Source of the DNA: an uncultured virus (IMG/VR IMGVR_UViG_3300002161_000006)
Lineage: Duplodnaviria; Heunggongvirae; Uroviricota; Caudoviricetes
Reading direction: 5' to 3' (one strand)
Virus record (IMG/VR): IMGVR_UViG_3300002161_000006
Span: 1 to 64,000 of that record
DNA: 64,000 nucleotides
Shown here: piece by piece, positions 7,942 to 17,155 of the stretch
How positions within the stretch are numbered: the stretch's first letter is position 1
How the letters are laid out: each line of letters opens with the position of its first letter
The notes under the pieces: model-generated
The model's input: the letters and a program-made list of their open reading frames with translations, nothing else
What the model was told of the DNA's origin: nothing
Databases searched by the model: none
Translations under genes and position numbers: made by a program

Positions 7942-8253
7942 TTATTGAATTTTTTGCCAACCTACAGGCATACATAGAAAAAGTTCCTCATCAACCTTTA
8001 CAATATCGCCAACACAAATCGATCGCTGGAAACCAAACAAGCGGTTACGCTCAGTTGAACGGCTAGGGTTGTTTGAAATGTCAAATACTTCTTCTGCTGC
8101 ATCAACCCCGTGCTTTTCAGTTTGTGCTGCGCAAACACTTTTATATTTACCTTCTCCCCACACTTTATCTACGTAAGTAATGAATTTGCTTTGCCATAGA
8201 AACTGAGAAATATCCACTGATTTATCAAAAAAAAAGATATTTACTGAAGACAT
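7942..8253 (-). CDS. hypothetical protein
   Basis: probable start MSSVN after GGGGG RBS; RS.SVGD-like motif (RSICVGDIV). Confidence 0.7.
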   Translation of the reverse strand: MSSVNIFFFDKSVDISQFLWQSKFITYVDKVWGEGKYKSVCAAQTEKHGVDAAEEVFDISNNPSRSTERNRLFGFQRSICVGDIVKVDEELFLCMPVGWQKIQ

Positions 8254-8272
8254 ATCACCCCCTAACGTTGAC

Positions 8273-8512
8273 TTACTCTTCTTCTGTATCGTTTGGCGAC
8301 TCTTTGAAATGCCCCTTTGCAATAAGTTGCTCAAAGGTGCTAAACAACTTTTCAAACTTCATTTGATACAGAGTTTTCATTCCAAGAAGGACATTTGCCA
8401 ATTCATCCTCGGACATACGACGCTCGCAGGAGGTCTCAAACAACATGTCGATGTCATCAACAACGCCCCAGCACTTCATGATTTCCTGCTCAAGATCAAA
8501 TCGGTTAGCCAT
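8273..8512 (-). CDS. hypothetical phage protein
   Basis: RFDLEQ.I..CW.V.DD pattern; AGGAG RBS. Confidence 0.8.
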   Translation of the reverse strand: MANRFDLEQEIMKCWGVVDDIDMLFETSCERRMSEDELANVLLGMKTLYQMKFEKLFSTFEQLIAKGHFKESPNDTEEE

Positions 8513-8514
8513 TT

Positions 8515-8922
8515 TTATACTCCTTTTTCTGTGATTAAATTATAACCAGAGAAGTCATCCACTTCAAAGACTTTTTTGGTTGTGTATTCCTTAATTTTCT
8601 CAAGCACTTCCTCGTGCATCACATCTTCAAACTCAACTTTGTCAAAGGCGATTCTACCGTTAACACCTCGCTCGAATGCTTCTTTAAAGTAGTTCTCTCG
8701 CTTTTCCTTGTTTACCCAGCGGAAAGCCTTTCCGTTAATGATGTCAATAACTTCCATTTCATACACTTTGTGCGTCTGCGTGTCGATAATAATTGAAGCA
8801 GACAGTCCTTCCTTCAGGTCACTGTCAATATAATACGCATTTGGACCATAGCATGACCAACAGAACTCACTTCCACCAGTAATCCGATAGTTGATAGCAT
8901 CCAAGAATTTCTGTATTAACAT
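8515..8922 (-). CDS. hypothetical phage protein
   Basis: YRIT.GS...W.CYGPNA pattern. Confidence 0.8.
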   Translation of the reverse strand: MLIQKFLDAINYRITGGSEFCWSCYGPNAYYIDSDLKEGLSASIIIDTQTHKVYEMEVIDIINGKAFRWVNKEKRENYFKEAFERGVNGRIAFDKVEFEDVMHEEVLEKIKEYTTKKVFEVDDFSGYNLITEKGV

Positions 8923-8924
8923 TT

Positions 8925-9134
8925 TTACTCCAATGTCAAAACTTCAAAGTCAACATATTCATATGTGCCTTGCTTGCTCAAAGTATGAACGAGGGCCCGC
9001 GCCTTTTCTTTACTGTCAACAGCGTGCAAAATATGGCGATCAACGGCGCATCCTGGCAAACCAGGAAATGGCTTTTGATCGCCAAACACAATAAAGACTT
9101 CCATCGTTGCAACTTCCTGCATAGTATTTCCCAT
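8925..9134 (-). CDS. hypothetical protein
   Basis: 69-aa ORF in gene string. Confidence 0.6.
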   Translation of the reverse strand: MGNTMQEVATMEVFIVFGDQKPFPGLPGCAVDRHILHAVDSKEKARALVHTLSKQGTYEYVDFEVLTLE

Positions 9135-9161
9135 GCTTGAATACGGTGGTCTTAGAGAGAA

Positions 9162-9223
9162 TGGGGAGGTGCTACTGGACCAGTCGTTTCACCGCCGAGA
9201 TCACTCAACGGAGCACCTCCCCA
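9162..9223 (-). other. structured RNA element (12-bp closing stem with internal hairpins)
   Basis: tggggaggtgct / agcacctcccca perfect inverted repeat enclosing further pairing. Confidence 0.6.
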
Positions 9224-9233
9224 ACTCAATACT

Positions 9234-9554
9234 TCAAGAAGCCTGCACAGGAGCGACTTCCGCCGGCTGCTCAACCACGGGAGTGGTTTGAGCCTGCAGC
9301 CGAGCAGCGACCTTCGTGCGCAGCGTGGCAACCTTCAACTTCTTGAGGTCAGCACGTTGGCCAACCTTGAGCGTCACAGCCTGCTCGAGCAACTTGGCAA
9401 AGTCAGCAGCCTTGCCTTCAATCACAGCGTGGTTCCAAACCGGTCCAAAGGAGAAGCGCTTGCGCGCAGCACGCTGAGCAACCGACTTCGGCACCACGGG
9501 GGTGACGGCAACTTCCACTTGGGCAACTTCAACAGTTTGAGTGACTTCATTCAT
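9234..9554 (-). CDS. basic, Ala/Val-rich early protein
   Basis: AAGGAG RBS, directly downstream of early promoter, GC-rich codon usage. Confidence 0.8.
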   Translation of the reverse strand: MNEVTQTVEVAQVEVAVTPVVPKSVAQRAARKRFSFGPVWNHAVIEGKAADFAKLLEQAVTLKVGQRADLKKLKVATLRTKVAARLQAQTTPVVEQPAEVAPVQAS

Positions 9555-9617
9555 TTTCAAAACTCCTTAATGATTGACGTTTCAGAGAATTCGGTTATTT
9601 GTTTAACCGATGAAGCC

Positions 9618-9646
9618 ATTATACATCAACCAGAAGTCTTGTAAAC
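9618..9646 (-). promoter_or_regulatory. T4-early-like sigma70 promoter
   Basis: GTTTAC-17 bp-TATAAT. Confidence 0.85.
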
Positions 9647-9699
9647 AACTTTTTCGTAACAAGAAATAAGATTGTAACAATGTATCAAAAATGATACAT

Positions 9700-10182
9700 T
9701 TAGGAGCCCAGCCGCTGCTCAATCCACCGGACAATTGCCTGCTGCAGCATGGGCTTGAGGTCTTCTTTGTTGAGGACCAGTCGCTCGTCAAAAGCCAATT
9801 CACCATCGGCAGTTACATCGGCGGCCCCGCTGCTGCAGAAGCAGTCCATAAGGTCAAGCGTGGCGTGCTCAAGTGCCTCATCAAAATCAACTATGCCAAC
9901 AAGATTTTCAAGCGTGCTTTCAAGTTCATCAACCCGCTGAAGTAGTTGATTTCTTTCTGACCTAGCAATTGCTAGGTCAATCGCCATTGTCTTCAGCGTC
10001 TGGTTCATGCTTGATAAAACATCTGACGCCTGCTGGATAAGACTTGGCAAATCTTCAGCAATTACGGCTATACCATTACCGCCAGGGGCAGTAATGGCTC
10101 CCATGCTTCCGTCGATGATGACCTGCTGTAGGCTTTGAAGGTTTGACTGCTCTTCATTTTTTCGGCTTACAATCGTTGGCAT
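9700..10182 (-). CDS. hypothetical coiled-coil protein
   Basis: 160-aa ORF, AGGAG RBS. Confidence 0.8.
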   Translation of the reverse strand: MPTIVSRKNEEQSNLQSLQQVIIDGSMGAITAPGGNGIAVIAEDLPSLIQQASDVLSSMNQTLKTMAIDLAIARSERNQLLQRVDELESTLENLVGIVDFDEALEHATLDLMDCFCSSGAADVTADGELAFDERLVLNKEDLKPMLQQAIVRWIEQRLGS

Positions 10183-10184
10183 TT

Positions 10185-10448
10185 TTACTCCTTGATATAA
10201 CCGACCTTTGCTTCAGTGCCTGGAGGACATAAAGAAATTAGATAATCTAGTTCCTCTTGAGATACATCCACTGGATCAACTGGGGGAAACCGATTTAGAA
10301 ACTTCTCTTCGTCCATCTGCCCCCTAAAGCCCGGTCCAGCGTACTGTACCTGATCAGGCCGCCGACGGATAACTGTCACATATGTATTCTTTTCTTCGTC
10401 TAGATAAATTTGACCCGCTGAAACACCAAAGTTTGCTTGAAAGTTCAT
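10185..10448 (-). CDS. hypothetical protein
   Basis: probable start MNFQA after GAGG RBS. Confidence 0.7.
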   Translation of the reverse strand: MNFQANFGVSAGQIYLDEEKNTYVTVIRRRPDQVQYAGPGFRGQMDEEKFLNRFPPVDPVDVSQEELDYLISLCPPGTEAKVGYIKE

Positions 10449-10521
10449 TTTTACCTCAAGGTAGTGGAAGGATAAAATATTGTAGTCTATCCTTCCACCC
10501 TTGTACACCTGCGAATTTAGG

Positions 10522-13290
10522 TTATGTAACTGTAATAGTTATTGTACCTGTTGTTGCACTTCCAGGAACGTTTAGATTTCTGTCTGTTACGTTCAGAGTA
10601 AATGTATAGATTCCAGGAGTAGATGGAGTTCCTAGAATAATTACATCCCCATTGCTTCCTTGATTTGCTATTAGGCTTGTGCCTGGAGGTATTGCTCCAG
10701 AAGCAATCGTATAACTTGAAATTCCATTACCAAAGCCAGAAGTAACATATGCTACTGTCTTTCTTGGAGAGGTATACGTTGCTATTGGGCTACCAGATGC
10801 AAATGTCCAGTTGGTTGTTGCAACTGTAAATGCTGAAGAATTAACAACAAGATTTGTTGACCCAGATGCACTTCCACCGGAGTTTGTAACTGTCATCGAC
10901 AATAAACCGGCTGAACCTAGAGTTATCTCACCGCTATAAGAAATATTGCCACCGCTAAAATTGTATGTACCATAACCGGTAAATGCAATTCCACCGCTAA
11001 CAGTATATGTTCCAGGAGCAGTTGGTCCACCACTTACTGTAATTGAAGTTACAGTACCTGTGTATGTTCCAAGTGCAAATGTTCCAGCACCATCTAGGCG
11101 TGCAGTTGCTGAGGTAGTTGCTAGCATACTTAAAGTAGGTGCTGGCGCAGGTGCAGGTGCTGGCGCAGGTGCTGGCGCACTTGCAATAACAGTTACTGAA
11201 CGAGTAGCAACTGAATATCCCACTGCATTCGTGGCTCTCATCCAAACATTATGGACACCAGGAGGTAGAGATGCAACAACTGATGCACCTGCCGCACTTG
11301 TCTGATCAACACTACCATTTCCTGTAAAGTCCCATTCAATTGTTGTTGGAGAATTTGCAGAAGTATCAGTAAACGTAATAGACGCTGGGTTTCCTATTGC
11401 AGGGTTTGGACTTACTGCGAAACTTGCTATTGGCAATCCTGCGGGAACTGTTCCACTAGCTACAGTAATATACGCAATTTTTGTAAGAACGTCTGAACCA
11501 CCAGAGTTGGATGCACGTACTCTAACGCTATATTTTCCTGCTGTATAGTATTTGTAAGTTGGTATTGTCACAAATGGATAAACAAACGGAGTGAAATTAC
11601 CATTTCCTTCAAAATCAAATTCTATAAGAGATGGTGAACCAGTTCCTGTCCATGAAAATGTAACTAGACCACCAGATGCAGGGGAAACAGTATTTGCGGT
11701 AAAATCAACTATTGGTGCTGGTGTAAATGCCACATTAGCAAATGGAGCAGAAGTTCCTGCAGCATCAGTACCGGCAACATATGTCAATGGGGCTGGAAAC
11801 AGATCTATGTTGGATATACCATACGCTGTTCTATCTCTAATTACCTGCACGTTCACAGTAGAAGAACCAGTAAGACCTACATCTGATTGTAGCCGAACAT
11901 CTACGTTGAAACTACTCCCACTTGCAGAACCAGTAATCATTATGCCATTTGCCCCCGATGTTTTATTCACCAGTGTTGATAAAGACGAGATTGCATTTAT
12001 TAGACCTACAGCACTTGGTACTGCAGACATTACTAAAGGAATAATATTACCAAATGACCGTGTTTTATCTGCTGTAACTCTAAAATACGCGTTTGCGTCA
12101 TCGATAAATGCCTTGAATGCAGTATCAGCAGCTGTTGGTGATGGGCCATGTGTATATACAATTTGAATTTGAATTGCATTTCCGCCATAGATGAATGCAT
12201 CACGATCAGCAACTGAAGTAAAGTTAAATTTTGTGTTTACATATGCAGTTCCACCAGTCCAACTTCCTGAGCGAATGCAATGTAACTGTGATACTACTTC
12301 AGGAGAAAATGATGTTACAGTGCTTGAATTGCCAGCAATTCCTCTTAGAGAATATCGATTTTCTTCTGCAAGTTGAAGTGTGTTTGCTGTTTCTGTATAT
12401 GCACCAAACATTGTAATTGAACCAAACTTACGACTCATTCTTCTTTCTAGAGAAGGATACCGTACATCATTTGCTGGGAGTGCTAACAGGTCAGCAGGTG
12501 CTTGTCTGCCGTCCTGAACAAATGGGATTGAACTGATGCTTTCAACAGCGGCAGTAGGTAAATCTAGTCTGCTTACTGCCCATTTTGCAGCAGCAAGCAA
12601 CTTATCCCAATCCTGTGAATATGGTTGAGCCTCAAGTTGGGGTACTGTTATAGGAATCGCAATATTAGCATCGCTATTAAAAGCGGTATTTAGGTCAGAA
12701 TCTAGTGCAGTAAAATCTGTTAGATTGTTAATGAACTTTCCTACTGCACCATTACCCCCAGTTATTGCTGGGTCATCAATTAACTGACCTACAACTTCAC
12801 GTATTGCATTATATTCATATCTTACACCATCTGCTTCCACCTGTGGCCAAATTTGATTCCAGCCCCCATTTCCTGTACCAACAGGAAAACGTCCTAGACC
12901 GGTATAAACATAAAGAACAGCGCTGTTGTTTCCTGTGCGCTCGAGCCATAGGTCACCAGTGGTTGGAGATCCAGGTGCTGGATCTCCAGGTGAAGTAAAA
13001 CTTATCGTTCCCATTGTTCTCCACGTGATGGGAACTGTTGATGTACATAATTTTAGAACCTCAGCAGCAGAGTCATACCAAAGTTGCCCTGCAGTGGGGT
13101 ATAAAGGAGCAGTTGAATCTGCAAAGTTCTCAAGCAGCCTCAACAGGTTTTCTTGCTGTGCTTTACCGTAGTTTGCAGCGCCTTTGCCAGTTAGCACGAG
13201 TGATGTTGCAGTTGTTACAGTAGAAGCAACAGGCACTGAAATAGAAGTCTTTCCTACAATGGTAGGATTTTTCCAGACTAGAGTATACAT
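10522..13290 (-). CDS. virion structural protein (baseplate/tail-associated) with PKD/Ig-like domains
   Basis: N-terminal G....YG...ENLL.LLENFA...P..GQLW pattern of jumbo-phage virion proteins; two PKD-like repeats (P.A.F...WDF.G.G...G.Y.V.L.A.N..G); AP linker; C-terminal Ig-like domain. Confidence 0.8.
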   Translation of the reverse strand: MYTLVWKNPTIVGKTSISVPVASTVTTATSLVLTGKGAANYGKAQQENLLRLLENFADSTAPLYPTAGQLWYDSAAEVLKLCTSTVPITWRTMGTISFTSPGDPAPGSPTTGDLWLERTGNNSAVLYVYTGLGRFPVGTGNGGWNQIWPQVEADGVRYEYNAIREVVGQLIDDPAITGGNGAVGKFINNLTDFTALDSDLNTAFNSDANIAIPITVPQLEAQPYSQDWDKLLAAAKWAVSRLDLPTAAVESISSIPFVQDGRQAPADLLALPANDVRYPSLERRMSRKFGSITMFGAYTETANTLQLAEENRYSLRGIAGNSSTVTSFSPEVVSQLHCIRSGSWTGGTAYVNTKFNFTSVADRDAFIYGGNAIQIQIVYTHGPSPTAADTAFKAFIDDANAYFRVTADKTRSFGNIIPLVMSAVPSAVGLINAISSLSTLVNKTSGANGIMITGSASGSSFNVDVRLQSDVGLTGSSTVNVQVIRDRTAYGISNIDLFPAPLTYVAGTDAAGTSAPFANVAFTPAPIVDFTANTVSPASGGLVTFSWTGTGSPSLIEFDFEGNGNFTPFVYPFVTIPTYKYYTAGKYSVRVRASNSGGSDVLTKIAYITVASGTVPAGLPIASFAVSPNPAIGNPASITFTDTSANSPTTIEWDFTGNGSVDQTSAAGASVVASLPPGVHNVWMRATNAVGYSVATRSVTVIASAPAPAPAPAPAPAPTLSMLATTSATARLDGAGTFALGTYTGTVTSITVSGGPTAPGTYTVSGGIAFTGYGTYNFSGGNISYSGEITLGSAGLLSMTVTNSGGSASGSTNLVVNSSAFTVATTNWTFASGSPIATYTSPRKTVAYVTSGFGNGISSYTIASGAIPPGTSLIANQGSNGDVIILGTPSTPGIYTFTLNVTDRNLNVPGSATTGTITITVT

Positions 13291-13364
13291 TCATCTTCCT
13301 TTCACCGGCTTGAAAATATGGCGTGGTGCAACCGGTTTTAAGCATCCACTGCTTATTTACGCGG

Positions 13365-13392
13365 AAAAGACAAAGGGGGTCTTAAGACCCCC
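13365..13392 (-). terminator. intrinsic terminator after phoH
   Basis: GGGGGTC-TTAA-GACCCCC followed by TTTGTCTTTT on minus strand. Confidence 0.8.
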
Positions 13393-13413
13393 ATTATTGC
13401 TAAAGTTTCCTCC

Positions 13414-14172
13414 TTATGCTCGTAGGATAGATGGTTCTTGAGAAGACCTCTGTGTTTTGGTCTCAGGAGAATCAAGGTATGTTAGGAGTTCCCTAACTAT
13501 CTCTGAGCGCACGCAGTCCTGATTTGTAAAGCGAATAACATTTATATTGCGGCTGACGCCTGCCAATTTTCTGCTTATCCACCTTAGTCCATTCTCACTG
13601 CCACCACGTAAATCACTTTGAGTATCATCTCCATTAATGGCAAACTGACTGTATTCACCAATCCGTGTCACAAACAACTTCATTTGCTCTACAGTTGTGT
13701 TTTGCGCCTCATCTAGAATGACATAACAGTTGTTGAAGGTACGACCCCTCATATAGGCAAGAGGCGCAAATTCAATTTTGCCACTGTCAAGAAGTTTCTT
13801 TGACATAGTTGGACCAACTAGGTCATTCAAAGCATCTAGTAATGGGAGAAGATACGGTTGAATTTTTTCTTCAAAGGTGCCAGGAAGGAAACCTAGATTT
13901 TCTCCGGCTTCGCACACTGGACGTGTAATGACTACTTTTGAAACTTGGTTGCTTAGTAACTTTGAGACTGCTACCGACATTGCGATGAAGGACTTACCTG
14001 ACCCAGCAGGACCTGCGCCAATTGTGAGAGTTGATTCTTCTAGCGACTCTTTATACAGTCGCTGAGATTCATTTTTTGGAAGTGGATTGAATTTTATCCG
14101 AATTACTTTTGCACTTTCTTCATTAATTGGTTGAGGATAGCGCTGTTTTGCTACTGCTAATCGACGTCCCAT
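13414..14172 (-). CDS. phoH: PhoH family ATPase
   Basis: GPAGSGKS, ITRP, GENLGFLPG, PLAYMRGRTF, ILDEAQN, GD..QSD. Confidence 0.97.
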   Translation of the reverse strand: MGRRLAVAKQRYPQPINEESAKVIRIKFNPLPKNESQRLYKESLEESTLTIGAGPAGSGKSFIAMSVAVSKLLSNQVSKVVITRPVCEAGENLGFLPGTFEEKIQPYLLPLLDALNDLVGPTMSKKLLDSGKIEFAPLAYMRGRTFNNCYVILDEAQNTTVEQMKLFVTRIGEYSQFAINGDDTQSDLRGGSENGLRWISRKLAGVSRNINVIRFTNQDCVRSEIVRELLTYLDSPETKTQRSSQEPSILRA

Positions 14173-14351
14173 TATTTCCTCCTACAGGAAGGGCCGTTTG
14201 GATATCCGGAGTTAAATAAACTCCGGGGCTTCGACAAACAGAGGGGCTGATAAATTTGCAACGAGGCGAAATGACCATTTCTTGCTCGAACATGGTGTAG
14301 GATAAGCCCTTGCTTGTATTCATATCAGGCGTTTTAAACCCTGAAGTGAAA

Positions 14352-14711
14352 TTAGTCTTGACGTGCCAGAACGTACTTCATCCAGTCAACTGGACAAGGT
14401 CCTGCTCCCCAAGGCATTTCTTTTCCTGCTTGTAGGCAGTCCTTGAGAAACTGTGCTAGTTTGACTGTCTCTTCTGGCGTCAATGATTTGATTGATTCAA
14501 CGACCTCAACAGATGTTGCACCAATTGAACCTGGATTTCTAAGCCCTGGCACAGTTGGCCTTACACCTTCATTGAAGTACTGTGATAGCCAACTAAGAAC
14601 AAATGTTTGATAGTGATTTGTTACTTTTCCAGCCTTGATAATCTCATCTAGAGTCAGGTCAACGAGTTGTTCAGAGTGACCTTCATTTGTGATTGAGCGA
14701 TGTAGATTCAT
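14352..14711 (-). CDS. hypothetical late protein
   Basis: 119-aa ORF downstream of TATAAATA. Confidence 0.75.
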   Translation of the reverse strand: MNLHRSITNEGHSEQLVDLTLDEIIKAGKVTNHYQTFVLSWLSQYFNEGVRPTVPGLRNPGSIGATSVEVVESIKSLTPEETVKLAQFLKDCLQAGKEMPWGAGPCPVDWMKYVLARQD

Positions 14712-14737
14712 GATATGCTCTCAGGTTAGGATAAAAT

Positions 14738-14745
14738 TATTTATA
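14738..14745 (-). promoter_or_regulatory. T4-type late promoter TATAAATA
   Basis: exact consensus about 27 bp upstream of the 14711 start. Confidence 0.7.
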
Positions 14746-14805
14746 GAAACGTGGTCATCTTTGCATCATAAATAAATTTATAGCGCATATCAATATGGGA
14801 GATAT

Positions 14806-15030
14806 ATGGCCGAAAACACAGATGGTGAGTACTTTACAGACGTTCCGAGAACTTCTATCCCTAATGCAGATACCTGGGATACCCTATCTGCAAATCAACT
14901 AATTGAAACAAAAAATACGCTGATGAGTCAATTATTTGCATTTCAGAATAGACCTGAGATTGCAAAAACATTGCAAAAAGGAATTGCGAGGCTTGATGCG
15001 CTTATTTCTTTGCGGTCAGTCGGGTCTTAA
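14806..15030 (+). CDS. hypothetical protein
   Basis: GGGAG RBS, CATAAATA upstream. Confidence 0.75.
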   Translation: MAENTDGEYFTDVPRTSIPNADTWDTLSANQLIETKNTLMSQLFAFQNRPEIAKTLQKGIARLDALISLRSVGS

Positions 15031-15622
15031 TAGGTAGTTGGACTTCAGCGAAATCAACAACTCTATCAACTAGACCGAACTTTTTAAGTTCGATAGGTGT
15101 AAGGTACCTATCAGACGGTGAAAATAAAACGTCACGTATTTGACGCTCATTCATTGCTGAGTGTCTAAGGAAGTGGCGAATAAAGCGTTGCTCCAGCATT
15201 TTATAAGAAGTTTGTGTGGCAAGTAGTTCGTGGTGCTTGCCGCTAAAATAACCAGCAAATTGATGTGCCATAACTTCTGTATTTTTAGTGATTGCACGAT
15301 GGCCTTTTGCACCGCCGGAAAGTAGTAGCACCCCCATTGACATAATATTCCCAACTCCAACCGTAGCAATTGGAATTCTAGAAGTATCCATCAAGTCAAT
15401 GATAGCAAATCCTTCTGCACATTCACCACCCACTGTATTCAGAATAAGAGTGAGGTGAGAACGTTCTCTCTGCAGAATGTTTGATTTAAGAATAAAATCA
15501 CACGCTGCATATGATTTCTCTTCATCAACTTCACCAAAAAATAAATGAACACCCAAAGCATCTAAACTAATGGTGTCGTATTGATTTCCTGATTGGTCTT
15601 GGTCTTCAGGTTTCTTCTGCAT
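15002..15622 (-). CDS. clpP: ClpP-like serine protease subunit
   Basis: LILNT.GG, MSMG (Ser), MAHQ (His), DRY (Asp), FGLVDRV. Confidence 0.9.
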   Translation of the reverse strand: MQKKPEDQDQSGNQYDTISLDALGVHLFFGEVDEEKSYAACDFILKSNILQRERSHLTLILNTVGGECAEGFAIIDLMDTSRIPIATVGVGNIMSMGVLLLSGGAKGHRAITKNTEVMAHQFAGYFSGKHHELLATQTSYKMLEQRFIRHFLRHSAMNERQIRDVLFSPSDRYLTPIELKKFGLVDRVVDFAEVQLPIKTRLTAKK

Positions 15623-15716
15623 CTAATATCCCTCTGCGGGGTAACCTTACCGATTTCTATTTACAGACAAAACAACCTCGTTTTGGGAGGGTGTATTTCA
15701 TAATATGAAATACAGG

Positions 15717-16121
15717 TCATTCAATGACTTCCAGCCCCCAATCAACTTCCAAGCAATTTTTTGAATACCACTCCATCCAGTCGATTTCCTGACCTCGGAA
15801 AGCCCTCATTATCTGTGAAAACAGAGGTGTTTTTGCGTATTTTTGAGCCATCTGCTTAACATCCATGTCAGCCGCGGTGCCCGAAATAATTGCAATAATA
15901 ACCTGCTCACGAGCGTCTTCAATCACCTCGCTGATGGTGCGCTGAACTAATTCAATCGGCTTAGTTGATTTTCCAACCATTACAAAAGCAGCCCTGAGGT
16001 CGTCAGCAGTTCCAGCAGCAACTGCGCGTGCAATGTCACCGAAGAAGAGGTGAACGCCCAGTGAGTTGAGCGATATGTCGTCGTACGTCAGAGCTTCCTG
16101 ATCCTGCGATCTACGGGTCAT
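15717..16121 (-). pseudogene. chimeric ORF: ClpP N-terminus fused to an RNA ligase C-terminal domain
   Basis: residues 1-28 resemble the start of 15002..15622; the remainder aligns with the C-terminus of 17105..18244. Confidence 0.8.
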
Positions 16122-16294
16122 CTGTGTCTCCAGCAGAGCTGAACGAGCTGAAGTATTTAGCGAACCGGGCGAGGGGTGCTGAATTTTACCTGGTGAAATG
16201 CAGGTTAGAGGATCTCGACGACCTACGCGTGAAGGTGATAGTGTGATGAAGTATGTGTCTTGAGTTCATAAATACACTTCAAATGGAGAACATA

Positions 16295-17155
16295 ATGAAC
16301 TTTAAAACGTGGTATGAACAGCACCGCAGCAATCCCAACTGGGCAATTAACCTAAAAAAGCTTGATGAACCGCTATACAAAAAAGTTGCTTCATCCGTTG
16401 GCGATCGTTGGGCAGAGAAGGCCTATACCTTCATCAATCAGCTTTCTTCAAGACCTGTATGCCGCTGCGGTGCAGAGAGACCGTGGTATGGTCGTAGCTA
16501 TGCGCTGAGATGTAGTGTGCGGTGCTCAAATATTGAGACGGCTTCTTTTCGTGCGACAACTCTCAAGGCTAGAAGCGAAGAACAGAAAAAGAAAGTGGCC
16601 GCCAAGGCGCGTGCAACAAGCATTGAAAGATATGGCGAAGATTATGCAACTGCCCGGGCAAAAAAGCGATCAGCAAGCACTATCTCGCGTACTGAAAATG
16701 CTAGGAAGAAATCAATGCTTATTCGCTATGGAGTTTCAAATCCCGCGCAACTTGAAGAGGCACAGCAAAAGCGCAAATTAACCTACTCAAAGAGAACTGA
16801 TGAACAGCGAGAGGCAACAAGACTAAAGAACTTTGCAACAAGATGCGCTAGAGGCATATCATTGCCTAATGATCATCCCTCAATCTTTAAGTCAAAGAAA
16901 TCCTACACTCGTCGGGTGAGATACCTAACAAATGTTTCTGTGAAGCAGCATGGGCTTTTTTCAAGCAGATCACGAGAGCAACATGTAGATCACATCTTCT
17001 CTGTGCTAGATGGCTACAGGCATCATGTCTCACCAGAAGTATTAGCACATCCTGCAAACCTCAGGCTGCTGTGCGCAAGCAATAACAGCCGAAAAAACTC
17101 ACGCTCAGATATCACCATCGATGAGCTGTTCGCCCGCATCGAGCACTGCAAGTGA
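16295..17155 (+). CDS. free-standing HNH homing endonuclease
   Basis: C-terminal VDHI...N...L....N..K.; Zn-ribbon CRCG..CS..C; RYG repeat-type DNA-binding motifs; GGAG RBS and CATAAATA upstream. Confidence 0.8.
   Translation: MNFKTWYEQHRSNPNWAINLKKLDEPLYKKVASSVGDRWAEKAYTFINQLSSRPVCRCGAERPWYGRSYALRCSVRCSNIETASFRATTLKARSEEQKKKVAAKARATSIERYGEDYATARAKKRSASTISRTENARKKSMLIRYGVSNPAQLEEAQQKRKLTYSKRTDEQREATRLKNFATRCARGISLPNDHPSIFKSKKSYTRRVRYLTNVSVKQHGLFSSRSREQHVDHIFSVLDGYRHHVSPEVLAHPANLRLLCASNNSRKNSRSDITIDELFARIEHCK

Noticed and set aside
9162..9223. Hammerhead ribozyme (three-way junction with GAAA)
   Set aside because: The CUGANGA core is absent at the required position on both strands
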